From Candidatus Bathyarchaeota archaeon (GTDB lineage: Archaea; Thermoproteota; Bathyarchaeia; Hecatellales; Hecatellaceae): a DNA stretch of 64,000 bases. The number at the start of each line of letters is the position of its first letter. Within the stretch, counting starts at the first letter, position 1. The notes beneath the pieces were generated by a model. The model had not been told where the DNA came from. It worked only from the letters and a program-made list of their open reading frames with translations, and searched no databases. The position numbers were made by a program, and so were the translations under genes. The DNA lies in contig JBQPWD010000003.1 of assembly GCA_052246995.1 (NCBI GenBank), forward strand, positions 147,988 through 211,987, written 5' to 3'. Positions 39,194 to 48,773 of this stretch are shown here, in pieces.

Positions 39194-40156
39194 TTGCAGT
39201 CTCTAACTCCCCCTACCCTTATATGTGGCTTATCTTTGCTTGTTTTTGCATTAGCTCTTGACTTAATTTTAGGAGAGTATCCCTCTATAATTCATCCAAC
39301 AGTATGGATAGGTAAACTTACAAAATTTTTAGAATATAGGTTTAGATTTGACGGTACCCCTAAAGCTGAGAAGGTTGGCGGCGTATTTCTAGCTTTAACC
39401 TTAACAATCCTCCTCGGGTTAATATGCTATTTAACCTTATACGTTTGCTACCAAATTCATCTTCTCCTGTTTTTTGCCGTGGGAGTTTTTCTGTTAAAGT
39501 CTACATTCGCAATTAAATCTATGAGGGAGCATGTAATACCTATAGTGGACGCCCTAAGTAAGGGAGATATTACTCAAGCACGTAGGCTTGTAGCTCGCAT
39601 AGTTAGCAGGGATACAAGCAACCTTGACGAAGAACATCTAATTTCAGCCACGGTTGAATCGATAGCTGAAAATACTGTTGATGGGGTTACATCACCACTT
39701 TTTTATTTCAGTCTTTTTGGACCAGTTGGGGCTTTCGTTTATCGTGTGATTAATACACTAGATTCTATGGTTGGGTATAAAAATGCACAATATCTTCATT
39801 TTGGCTGGTTCTCCGCAACATTAGATACGCTTGTAAACGCTATTCCAGCACGTATTACAGCATATTTAATGGTTTTTCTATCATTTTTTATGGGAAGAAG
39901 TTTTAAATTTACATATGAGGTTTTTAGGCGGTATAGGTCAAAAACTGGAGATTTAAACTCAGGATGGTCAATTGCCGCCATGGCTGGGGTGTTAAAAGTT
40001 CAGCTTGAGAAACCAAACACCTACAGGATTGGTGAAAGCTTAAAGAAGCTTTCAGTTGAAGAGATTCGCCAAGCCTTAAAGGTAATGTGCGGTACTATTT
40101 TACTATTCATAACTCTGGTAGTTATCCCCATATTAATCCTTGTAAGCTTAATATAA
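39194..40156 (+). CDS. cbiB: Adenosylcobinamide-phosphate synthase
   Basis: HPTVWIG, VSRDT, ESIAEN..DG, YR.INTLDSMVGY, PAR. Confidence 0.92.
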   Translation: MQSLTPPTLICGLSLLVFALALDLILGEYPSIIHPTVWIGKLTKFLEYRFRFDGTPKAEKVGGVFLALTLTILLGLICYLTLYVCYQIHLLLFFAVGVFLLKSTFAIKSMREHVIPIVDALSKGDITQARRLVARIVSRDTSNLDEEHLISATVESIAENTVDGVTSPLFYFSLFGPVGAFVYRVINTLDSMVGYKNAQYLHFGWFSATLDTLVNAIPARITAYLMVFLSFFMGRSFKFTYEVFRRYRSKTGDLNSGWSIAAMAGVLKVQLEKPNTYRIGESLKKLSVEEIRQALKVMCGTILLFITLVVIPILILVSLI

Positions 40157-40171
40157 AGGAGTGAAAAATTT

Positions 40172-41347
40172 ATGAGGGAAACAACAGGTAGAGGTAAGGT
40201 TTCAAAAATAAGCCTTAAAACTCCAATCAATAGAATTCAGTGTTGTATTGAAGAAGGTAATTTGGTTATAAAGTCAAGGGTTGGTTTTCTTAAAACCTTA
40301 AGCTCTGCTGTTTTGAATGGAGGTTTATGTTTCGCGAAAACTATTCTTAACCATCAAGTCCCAAAAAACTTCAACCATCCAGATCCAGCATCCTACTTAA
40401 ATATGGTTGTAAACAAGTTAGGGCTTCCAACTCCAGTGGTTGGGTTGATGACTGCAGCCAGCATTTCAAATTTTTCAATGTATCAATCTACAAAAAATGA
40501 AAACTGCTTCTGCATTTTTACTACTGCAGGTTTATCTAATGCTTCTACTGCGGGAGACATTACAACTCAAACTGGCTTTTCTTTTACAGGCACAATTAAC
40601 ATTATTGTTTTAATTGATGGAAACCTTACTGACTCATGCATGGTGGATGCTGTAAAAACAGTTACGGAGGCTAAAACTGTTGCATTAAGGGAGCTTGATG
40701 TTAGAAGTCAGTTTTCAGGGAAGCCAGCCAGCGGTACAACAACCGACGCTGTGGTTGTTGCTTGCACAGGAAGGGGAAGGTTGGTGCATTACGCTGGTAC
40801 AGCTACAGCAATAGGTGAAGATATTGGTGTAGGTGTTGTTAAGTCTGTTAAGGAGGCTGTTGAAAAAGGTGAGAAGCTTGTTGCAAACAGGCCGCTAATT
40901 AAGAGGCTTGAAGAAAATGGTATAACATTTGAAGACCTTGTTAAAACAGCCTTAGAACTTCTAGTTTACCATCCAAACATGGGAAGTAGAGAGTATGTAG
41001 TTCAAGTATTAAAAGAATGTCTTCAGGAGGCTTTATCCGATGTAAATGTAGCCGCCTTAGTAATGGCAGGTATTAGACTTAATGATGATGGAAATGTTGG
41101 ACTTATACCTGGACTTACCAGTGAAGCCTACGTAAGCGACCCGGTTTATATTTTAGCTGACGAGATTTTAGGGATGAGTATAGCAAACTACATTGCTGGA
41201 AGTAGAGGAATTTTTGAATTTGCAAGGTTTGATAAGGCTAAGCCTGGATTGCTAAAAAATCTAAAACCATTCCTTGATGATGTCATTGGAGGGTTAATTG
41301 CTGGAGCATCATCTAAAATGTACACTAAACTGCTTGGAGGCGTGTAG
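40172..41347 (+). CDS. cbiS: Bifunctional adenosylcobinamide amidohydrolase / alpha-ribazole-phosphate phosphatase (CbiZ-CobZ fusion)
   Basis: CbiZ motifs (LSSA..GG, GLMTAA, TAG.SN, GTINI, TEAK, SGTTTDA), then a CobZ/PgpA-like domain (D.NV..L, DP....ADE..G..IA.YIAG....F.RFD..KPG). Confidence 0.82.
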   Translation: MRETTGRGKVSKISLKTPINRIQCCIEEGNLVIKSRVGFLKTLSSAVLNGGLCFAKTILNHQVPKNFNHPDPASYLNMVVNKLGLPTPVVGLMTAASISNFSMYQSTKNENCFCIFTTAGLSNASTAGDITTQTGFSFTGTINIIVLIDGNLTDSCMVDAVKTVTEAKTVALRELDVRSQFSGKPASGTTTDAVVVACTGRGRLVHYAGTATAIGEDIGVGVVKSVKEAVEKGEKLVANRPLIKRLEENGITFEDLVKTALELLVYHPNMGSREYVVQVLKECLQEALSDVNVAALVMAGIRLNDDGNVGLIPGLTSEAYVSDPVYILADEILGMSIANYIAGSRGIFEFARFDKAKPGLLKNLKPFLDDVIGGLIAGASSKMYTKLLGGV

Positions 41348-41355
41348 GTAGTTTT

Positions 41356-42105
41356 ATGGGGCTTGTAAAGGGTTTAAGGGATGTTGTAGGCTTCCTTACT
41401 ATTATACCTGTAAAGCTTGATGAAAACAGCCTAAAAAATGCAGCTAACTATATGTTTCTTTTCCCAGTTGTTGGGGCTTTTCTTGGTATACTGTCTGACT
41501 GTTTTGCATATTTACTTTCAAGTTTTTTTCCAACATTAATTGTTGGGACTGTTACACTCTTCTTCCTTTTAATACTTACAGGTTTTCATCATTTGGATGG
41601 TTTACTGGATTTTGGTGATGGTTTAATGTTTCAAGGTGTATATAAGGAGAAGATTAACGTTATGCGTGATAGCAGAGTTGGTGTTGGAGGTATAGGGCTG
41701 GGTTTAATGGTTACTATTACAACATTGTTATGTATCTCGGAGCTTGTTAAAGGTCGAGTTGTTTACTGTTTAACGGTTTCTGAGAGTTTAGCGAAACTTT
41801 CAATGGTTGTTCTTGCCTTTACAGGTAAGTCTGCATGTGAAGGCTTAAACACGTACTTTGTTAATGTTATGCATGGGAAACATAGAGTTTTACGTTTAAC
41901 AGTATCCATAACTATAACTTTTATTGTGGGAGTTTTTCTTATAGGCATAAATTTTGTTTATCTACTGTTAGGCTGTGTCATCACAAGCTTAGCTATACTT
42001 TTCATCTCCAACAAACATTTTAATGGTATAACAGGTGATGTATTGGGGGCGTTAAATGAGATTTCACGTATGACCTCGTTGCTTATCATGGTGATGATAG
42101 GATGA
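41356..42105 (+). CDS. cobS: Cobalamin synthase
   Basis: FLTIIP, TGFHHLDGLLDFGDG, MRDSRVG, GITGDVLGA. Confidence 0.93.
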   Translation: MGLVKGLRDVVGFLTIIPVKLDENSLKNAANYMFLFPVVGAFLGILSDCFAYLLSSFFPTLIVGTVTLFFLLILTGFHHLDGLLDFGDGLMFQGVYKEKINVMRDSRVGVGGIGLGLMVTITTLLCISELVKGRVVYCLTVSESLAKLSMVVLAFTGKSACEGLNTYFVNVMHGKHRVLRLTVSITITFIVGVFLIGINFVYLLLGCVITSLAILFISNKHFNGITGDVLGALNEISRMTSLLIMVMIG

Positions 42106-42731
42106 AGGTTAATGTTTTGGTTATGGCTGGAGGTAAGGGTAAACGTTTAAAGGCAGAAGGGGAGAAACCTCTTTTAAAGCTTAATGGTAAACCTTTAATC
42201 CAGTATGTTATTGAGGCGTTAAAGAAAGTTGCAATGGTAGATAGAATAGTTGTTGTAACCAGTAAGTATACCCCTAAAACAGCAAGCATGGCGCGAAGTT
42301 TGCAGGTTGAGGTTTTGGAGACACCTGGAGACGGATATGTTGCAGACCTACGTTATGCTGTTGAAAAGTTAAACTTAAAAGGTCCTGTAATGCTGGTTTC
42401 AGCCGATCTTCCTCTAATTTCCCATGAAATATTAAGTATGGTGATTGAGTACTTTAAACAGTGTGGTAAGCCTGCTTTGTCGGTAATGGTTCCATATCAA
42501 GTTTTTGAGAAGTTGGGGTTAATTCCAAGCTTAACCTTAAACGTGAACGGAAACCTTCTAGTTCCAGCTGGAATAAACATTGTTACTGGTGAGATGATGG
42601 GTAATGGGGAAATTGAAGAGGAAAGAATGGTTTTGAACGTGGAGGAAGTTGCTGTAAACGTTAACACGGTAGAAGACTTAAAGGTAGCTAAAAAGCTTCT
42701 ATCTTTAAAAGCTTCTAGATTAAAATCATGA
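42102..42731 (+). CDS. cobY: Adenosylcobinamide-phosphate guanylyltransferase
   Basis: MAGGKGKR..EKP, ETPG.GYV.D, ADLP, P.GINI, NVNT.EDL. Confidence 0.88.
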   Translation: MKVNVLVMAGGKGKRLKAEGEKPLLKLNGKPLIQYVIEALKKVAMVDRIVVVTSKYTPKTASMARSLQVEVLETPGDGYVADLRYAVEKLNLKGPVMLVSADLPLISHEILSMVIEYFKQCGKPALSVMVPYQVFEKLGLIPSLTLNVNGNLLVPAGINIVTGEMMGNGEIEEERMVLNVEEVAVNVNTVEDLKVAKKLLSLKASRLKS

Positions 42732-42801
42732 TTTTAAAATAGGTTGGTTTTGTAATGTTTAAAGTTGAATCCTTAAAAAGGTTGAAACTTTACCAGTATT
42801 G

Positions 42802-43914
42802 TTATTTTTGTGAAACTAGTCTTTCATAGTTTTTCTCAATTTCCCTAAGTAGTATATCTTTTGATATTAAACCTCTTGATTTTAATATTGCGGCAATTGT
42901 CGAGCCGCCTGCACCAACCCCTTCTTTAACAGCACCCTCCTCATAAACCCTTAAACCCTCAAATCTTGAGTGGGTAAAATCAAGGTCAGAAACCAGTATC
43001 GGAACTTCAGCAATTTGGGATGTTATCCCTTTTAAGTCAGCTGTTTTGTCGTTTACAATCCACCTTGTAGTTCCAACAGCCAAATTGTGTAAAATGTCTG
43101 GATTTAACGCTTTAACTACTGCCAACATGGCGGTCATCTGTGTTCCACCAGCCATTAAAACCGGAACCTTGTTAGCAGCCCCGATGAGTAATCCTGAGAA
43201 GGCTGCTATAACAGGGTCTCCAACACATGAAATCGCCTTTATCGGGTTTTTTGCTAACGTGCCAAACTTTATGTTTGAGGCTTTTAAACCCTCCTCAACG
43301 GTTTTAACTTTAAGGTTATGCGGATTACTTGGCATGCTACTGCTAACTTTTCCTTTAGCATCTACCCCCATGGCTAACAAAACACCAAGCGTGGTTGTTG
43401 TACCACCTGGAATACTTTCCCCAATTACTAGGTAGTCGGCAACCTTAGCCAGGTTTCTTCCAGCAATTTCAGCTTTATGTAAAATTTCTTCCACGTTTTC
43501 CACTGCTTTACCTGTTCTTATGTCGTTTCCAGATTTCCCTCCCAACTCAATAAATGGAGTATGTGGTTTTACTTTAACCCCGCCGCTTACAACAATTGTA
43601 GCTATATCTGCCAGTTTTAACGCTGACATGGTAATCAAGGCAGGGGTTGGTATCCCCTCAGGTGTTACAGGTACACCTTCAATACACCTACACAAGCCTA
43701 ACAGAAGTAGTTCTACGTCCGCGGGAGGCGTGTAATCTGTAAGCTCGGGATATTTTCCAGCTGCAGATATACCTGGAATTTTAGCTGTTTCAGTAGTTCC
43801 GATTACACAAATAAATAGCGGGTTTTTTCCCTCTACTTTTTCTATAAAGGCTTTGCCTTTATTTTCCTCATGAAACAGTATTATATCGTAAATTTTTTTG
43901 CAATCTTTCAACAT
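42802..43914 (-). CDS. cobT: Archaeal nicotinate-nucleotide:lower-ligand phosphoribosyltransferase
   Basis: IPGISAAG, TPPAD.E, PTPALIT, GESIPGGTTT, AGGTQM, KEGVGAGG. Confidence 0.88.
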   Translation of the reverse strand: MLKDCKKIYDIILFHEENKGKAFIEKVEGKNPLFICVIGTTETAKIPGISAAGKYPELTDYTPPADVELLLLGLCRCIEGVPVTPEGIPTPALITMSALKLADIATIVVSGGVKVKPHTPFIELGGKSGNDIRTGKAVENVEEILHKAEIAGRNLAKVADYLVIGESIPGGTTTTLGVLLAMGVDAKGKVSSSMPSNPHNLKVKTVEEGLKASNIKFGTLAKNPIKAISCVGDPVIAAFSGLLIGAANKVPVLMAGGTQMTAMLAVVKALNPDILHNLAVGTTRWIVNDKTADLKGITSQIAEVPILVSDLDFTHSRFEGLRVYEEGAVKEGVGAGGSTIAAILKSRGLISKDILLREIEKNYERLVSQK

Positions 43915-44132
43915 TATTATTATAGCCCTCCATTTTTGTTGTCCTTAACTGCAATATTTTAGAAATCACCTTTACAATTTTTATCTTTGTAATTTTATAA
44001 TTTTCTACTTAATGAATTAATGAACAACTTACTTAAGCAAAACATGTTCAAATTCCTCGAGTTTACATCCTATAAGTTTAAAAATTTCCTTACATTTTTC
44101 CCTTTAGATTTGCCTTAAAGTTTGGTGTTAAC

Positions 44133-44540
44133 ATGACAGGTAGCATGGTTGAACTTTTAAGGTTAGCTGGATATTCTGATAAGGCAATCAAGCTTTTTAT
44201 TGAAAAGGTTAACGTTGGAGAGATAAGTAATCCTGATGTGTCAACAACTTACACTGGGATTTGTGGAGACACCATGAAGATTTTTTTAAAAATTGAAGAT
44301 GGAAAAATTAAGGATGCAAAGTTTCAAGCAATAGGTTGTGCAGGTTCTTTTGCCGCAGGTTCAGCTTTAACGGAGATGATTAAAGATAAAAGTTTAGAGG
44401 AGGCTGAAAAAATAACCGAAAAAAACGTTGTAGAGTTTTTAGGAAAAATTCCGGAGCAAAAACTTCATTGTGCACATCTCGCCAAAAAAACATTAGAAAA
44501 AGCAATCAAGGAGTATAGGGAAAAAATTAAGCGTTCCTAG
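44133..44540 (+). CDS. iscU: IscU/NifU-like Fe-S scaffold
   Basis: CGD, GCAG, KLHCA. Confidence 0.88.
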   Translation: MTGSMVELLRLAGYSDKAIKLFIEKVNVGEISNPDVSTTYTGICGDTMKIFLKIEDGKIKDAKFQAIGCAGSFAAGSALTEMIKDKSLEEAEKITEKNVVEFLGKIPEQKLHCAHLAKKTLEKAIKEYREKIKRS

Positions 44541-44641
44541 TTTAGTTTTCCTACAGGTAAATACTATCTAATTGGCGTATATTAAATTTGCATGTAGATG
44601 AAGAGTATTTTGACATGGTAATGTCGCTAAAGCAACTTTGA

Positions 44642-45124
44642 CTATCCAAAACTTAACGCGATAAGCTCACCAAAATAATGCGTAAGAAAAACAACTGCTA
44701 GTGCAATGCCTACATGTTCCCCAATTACCTTCCAAGCTTTTACTTTTTGTAAACTGGCTAAATAAAAACTTAAGCCGACTAGTAAAAACAGACCGTATAT
44801 TATGCTTACAATAATTGCGGTAAACAGTTCAAACAGTAAAATTGGAATAATAAAGCTTAGCGTGAAGAAAAATTTAGAAAGAAACGTAGAAAAAGTTGAC
44901 TCCCAGATTTCTCTTACAGAGTGCTTGTCTTCAGCTTCCTCTGAAGTATGTATTCCAAGTGCATCTGAAAAAGCATCAGCTATTGCTATTGTTAGTATAC
45001 CTCCAATTACCGCAAGCCTTGAGTGTGTACCAGCATGTAAACCAATAATTATCCCAAGCGTCGTAATTATTCCTGATGTTAACCCAAACGAAATTCCTGT
45101 TTTTAAGGAATGCTTCATCCACAA
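44642..45124 (-). CDS. VIT1/CCC1-like membrane protein
   Basis: FGLTSG, IAIADAFSDALG.H.SEE. Confidence 0.75.
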   Translation of the reverse strand: MWMKHSLKTGISFGLTSGIITTLGIIIGLHAGTHSRLAVIGGILTIAIADAFSDALGIHTSEEAEDKHSVREIWESTFSTFLSKFFFTLSFIIPILLFELFTAIIVSIIYGLFLLVGLSFYLASLQKVKAWKVIGEHVGIALAVVFLTHYFGELIALSFG

Positions 45125-45360
45125 AAAGCCTCCTACATGTTTTTTATCTGGTTATTCTGAGAGATAAATGTTTCATAACCTAAAAAAGTGTTAAAATTTT
45201 AGCTCAAAAAGAAACCAGAAGAATAGCCACGCTAAAGGGTAGTTTTTGAGGAGGGTAAAACAAAGATTTATGTTTACTATTGAAGTTGGTAAGATCCTCT
45301 ACGAGGAAAGAAGCTGGAAACGTCCATGTTCACCTACTACCTTAGAATACGTGAAGGTTT

Positions 45361-45552
45361 TTAGGACCGTTTTGATTTGTAGGTTTTTCTACATCCTTTA
45401 ACTTCAACTTCAACCTCATTTTTTGTTTCAAGTTCTTTAAGGATTTTTGTTGTTTTTGTTCTACTTAACCCAGTCAGCTCAGCAATTTTTGTTACTGGAA
45501 GTCCTCCAGGATTCTGTTTTAAAGCCTCCCTTACCTTATCAATCTCAGACAT
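45361..45552 (-). CDS. Small winged-HTH protein
   Basis: IAELTGLSRTKTTKILKELE. ATG at 45552 after GGGGG. Confidence 0.7.
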   Translation of the reverse strand: MSEIDKVREALKQNPGGLPVTKIAELTGLSRTKTTKILKELETKNEVEVEVKGCRKTYKSKRS

Positions 45553-45644
45553 TGTTTTTAAACCCCCAAACAAAAATTTTAAAACATAGCATAAAAGCAT
45601 TATGAAAAATTCTTTTTCAAGGGCTTTCTAGTTATGCAGGCATG

Positions 45645-46034
45645 TTATTTAATGAAGATTACGTTTTTAAGGTTTTTGAAGTGTTCATCTCCTGTCACTA
45701 TTTTAGCGTTTTTTACGATTCCTGTAGTGTACACTATAGAGTCAGCTAGTCCCCAACCCTTGATTTTCTCCTTCATTTTGACGTCTATTTTAGCTGATGC
45801 TATGGCGACTGTTTCATCTAATGGAGCGAGGACGCTTCTTTCTTTGATGAAGATTCTTTGTTTTTCAGCCAGTTCTTCACTTTCCGCTTTGAGGGTTTTT
45901 GCATAGACCTCGGCGAGGCATATGGTAGGGGTTATTTTCTCCTCTAGGCTTTCAATTATAGGTTTGGCTTTTTCTCCAGCTTTTGTTCCCATGAAATATT
46001 CTATCCATGCATAGGAGTCGATGATGTATCTCAT
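45645..46034 (-). CDS. vapC: VapC PIN-domain toxin
   Basis: IDSYAWIEY, LAEV, GLADS, VTGD.HF. Confidence 0.9.
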   Translation of the reverse strand: MRYIIDSYAWIEYFMGTKAGEKAKPIIESLEEKITPTICLAEVYAKTLKAESEELAEKQRIFIKERSVLAPLDETVAIASAKIDVKMKEKIKGWGLADSIVYTTGIVKNAKIVTGDEHFKNLKNVIFIK

Positions 46035-46222
46035 AATCTTTCCCTATGGTCTCTTAAATCGCTGACATCTGTTGGTTTCATAGTCCCAAACATGCTTTCC
46101 TTTTTTGCAAAATACTCAATTAAAATTTTGTTTATTAAGTTTGAAATGTTTCTGGCTCCAGCTTCTTCTCTGAGAAACTGGTAAACATCTTCTCTAAGGA
46201 TTATTGTTGTTTTTTTAACCAT
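46031..46222 (-). CDS. vapB: VapB-type antitoxin
   Basis: KTTIILREDVY..L, SMFG. Its stop overlaps the vapC start. Confidence 0.75.
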   Translation of the reverse strand: MVKKTTIILREDVYQFLREEAGARNISNLINKILIEYFAKKESMFGTMKPTDVSDLRDHRERL

Positions 46223-46582
46223 AAACATCACCGTAAACATCTACGTCATCACACTTTATAAGCGTTACGCACACAGCAGGCCAATGAAGCTTTTTCTGGT
46301 AAAGGTTTCGTTCAAGCAAGCCAAAACTGTTCAAGTTATTGAGGGGAAAACTGGTTACCAAAAAAGCTTAAACCAACCATTTATTTCACCACTTTCCCAC
46401 AAAATTTTGAATTTTTAAAATATAGTCCATGGTTGACGTCTTGGATGGAATGCTACATAAGATGCCACCGGATTGTAACTACTTATACAAAGTTTCCAGT
46501 TTTCCAGTTTTCCATATTGGAAACCAGTTTTGATTTTTTTTAAGCTTTACTTCTTGCAACATGCTCGTTAAACACCTTGCTA

Positions 46583-46866
46583 CTATATCTTTGAAAGTAA
46601 GTTTGAATATTTCTCCATTCTCGTCATTTTTCCTTCGGACTGTATAAGCCAAGTCATCCAGCATAGCTTTATTGGTTTATATCCACATTCTAAAGCAATC
46701 TCTTCAACTTTCTTTATGAATTCTGAATCATCGTTTACTGGCTTTAATCCTGCTTTAACTAAAATTTCATTTATTACCCTTTTAACGATTTTATCAGGCA
46801 TTACGGTATCAATTCCACCCATCATTCTAAGGTACTGAAAAGTGATTAAACCAACGCCTTTAATTC
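46583..46866 (-). pseudogene. 5'-truncated HhH-motif protein remnant
   Basis: The frame reads IKGVGLITFQYLRMMGGIDTVMPD upstream of the called ATG. There is no N-terminal part. Confidence 0.55.
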
Positions 46867-47125
46867 TTCCTTTCTGCTTTTATTTTCTCTTCCTTTTTTA
46901 ACCCTTAAGTAGGCATTGATTATAGCCTTTTTATCTCTCTCGGACAATTTTAGAATATCCTTGAATAGTTCAACTAACTCGGTTTCTTTAATCCCTAAGG
47001 GGTTCAATTTTAGATTCCAAAAGCATATCATCCAAAACTTTAAAAGGATCTCCTAAAGCCTTAGCGATCTTCTTTAATTTCTCTTTTGAAGGAATGAAAT
47101 GCCCTGAAAGGACTATTCCATAGTT
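46846..47125 (-). pseudogene. HTH (XRE-like) regulator remnant
   Basis: GHFIPSKEKLKKIAKALG resembles the end of an XRE HTH. No proper start. Confidence 0.45.
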
Positions 47126-47222
47126 TCGAAAGATCGAAACTTTTGATTATAATTTTTGTTGGGAAGATTTTCGCAAGTCTTTCAGCCTCTTTATAAGAAA
47201 GAGAGCCGAAAACGATGAAAAG

Positions 47223-47299
47223 TGGTGCTCCGGCCGGGATTTGAACCCGGGTCGTGAGCTCGAGAGGCTCACATCCTTGCCGGACTAGACTACCGGAGC
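47223..47299 (-). tRNA. tRNA-Glu (anticodon CUC), CCA encoded, intronless
   Basis: GCTCCGG acceptor stem, anticodon arm TGAGC-CTCTCGA-GCTCA, T arm CCGGG-TTCAAAT-CCCGG, 3' ACCA. Confidence 0.96.
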
Positions 47300-47316
47300 G
47301 GTTTTCTAAAATTTTT

Positions 47317-47332
47317 CTTATATAAAAGTTTT
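47317..47332 (-). promoter_or_regulatory. BRE/TATA promoter of tRNA-Glu
   Basis: Minus strand AAACTTTTATATAAG, about 20-27 nt upstream of the tRNA 5' end. Confidence 0.6.
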
Positions 47333-47417
47333 ATACGTTAAATTTTAAGTTTTCCTCTTTGTTGTAGATGATGCTTTAAGCTATTTTGATGTTGTATGGA
47401 TGAATTAAAGACTACTG

Positions 47418-48620
47418 TCAATTTAATTCTTTTAAAACGAAAAATGCTAGAAGTACGCTTGCTAAGGCTAAAATTGCTATAAAGGTAAATGTAGAGTTAA
47501 AACCGTATAGGCTTATCATGTTTCCAGCTAAAAACTGGGTAAAACCTCTCCAACCAAAATTAAATGTAAAATAAAACGAATACACGGTAGCTTTAAACCT
47601 TCCCGGTGCAACATCTGATAGGTAGGTTAATGCTGGAGCGAAGAATGAGTACATTAGCAACCCAAAAACCGGAATTAGAAAAATCACCATGAAAATTGGT
47701 AGATGAAGATTAACTGTAAAGATTAAGAGAATTACTTGAGTTATCACACATATAAAAATTGCCCTTTTTTTACCAAGCTTACATGCCAAACTACCTCCAA
47801 GAGGGCCTCCAACAGCACCTGAAACTTGAAGCAATCCTAGGGCAAACATTGCCAGTGAGACCTCCAAATGGTAGGCGTCAACCAAATATAAAACTAGAAA
47901 CGAATCTAAAATTGGAAGAATGGTTAAACCACCCATGGGTAGAAGAATTATTGCAGGTAAAGTCCGTCTAAAATCCAGTTTTTCTAAGTTATCGCCTTTT
48001 TTAGGATTTAAGCCTAAATCCCCCCTGCCTTTTACCATCCTAGTTTCTTTGACGATTTTTAGGTAAGCTAAACCAACAAAAAATCCTGGAATTGCAAGTA
48101 TGATTAAGGATGTTTGCCAAGTGAGGTAAACTATCATTATACCTAGAAGAATGGATGATAATGCTTTCCCTAAACTTTCACCTATATTATGTACACCCAT
48201 GGCTTTTTCAACACCTTTCCCAGAAAAATACTCTGCAATAATTGTTAAAGTTGAGGGATGGTAGGTGCTTGCAGCAACACCTAAAAAAAGTATGTTTAAA
48301 AGTAGTAGAGGATAATTAAAAGCTAAACTTAGGGTTAATGTTAGCGTGGAAGTTAATATAAGCCCTAAACCTGCGAAAACTTTTCTTTTACCCATCCTAT
48401 CTGAAAGTATACCCATTAAAAGCTGCATCAACATTCCAACGTTGAATACAGCCAAAAGAAGGCTAAGCTGAGAGTATGACAAGGTAAATGTATCTCTAAA
48501 AATTGGAAGTAATGGTGGAACAACTCCACCATGAACATGATTCATTGTGTGAGCTAAGGTTAAAACTGTAAGCACCAACCAATATTCTCTACTAAAATTT
48601 TTCAAATTTTCTTTAGTCAA
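47418..48620 (-). CDS. MFS transporter
   Basis: About 12 hydrophobic helices, G.LSDRMGKR motif A, YHP. Confidence 0.88.
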   Translation of the reverse strand: MTKENLKNFSREYWLVLTVLTLAHTMNHVHGGVVPPLLPIFRDTFTLSYSQLSLLLAVFNVGMLMQLLMGILSDRMGKRKVFAGLGLILTSTLTLTLSLAFNYPLLLLNILFLGVAASTYHPSTLTIIAEYFSGKGVEKAMGVHNIGESLGKALSSILLGIMIVYLTWQTSLIILAIPGFFVGLAYLKIVKETRMVKGRGDLGLNPKKGDNLEKLDFRRTLPAIILLPMGGLTILPILDSFLVLYLVDAYHLEVSLAMFALGLLQVSGAVGGPLGGSLACKLGKKRAIFICVITQVILLIFTVNLHLPIFMVIFLIPVFGLLMYSFFAPALTYLSDVAPGRFKATVYSFYFTFNFGWRGFTQFLAGNMISLYGFNSTFTFIAILALASVLLAFFVLKELN

Positions 48621-48773
48621 TAACTACACCAAAGCCTCCCCTACTACGTATAAACCAAACATTAACGTTTTGAAACTTATAAACAGTTAAAAATACTTTA
48701 TATTTTTTTGTGGATAGTAGAAACTACAATATACCATATCTCTCTAAAGGTTTCAGCTTACAAGGTTAATTTT

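Noticed and set aside
44595-44641. Possible C/D box sRNA (ATGAAGA...TTGA)
   Set aside because: Box spacing is wrong and there is no CTGA
47346-47417. Possible C/D box sRNA (ATGATGC...TTGA...GGATGA...CTGT)
   Set aside because: All boxes are degenerate, the guides are AU-rich and there is no terminal stem
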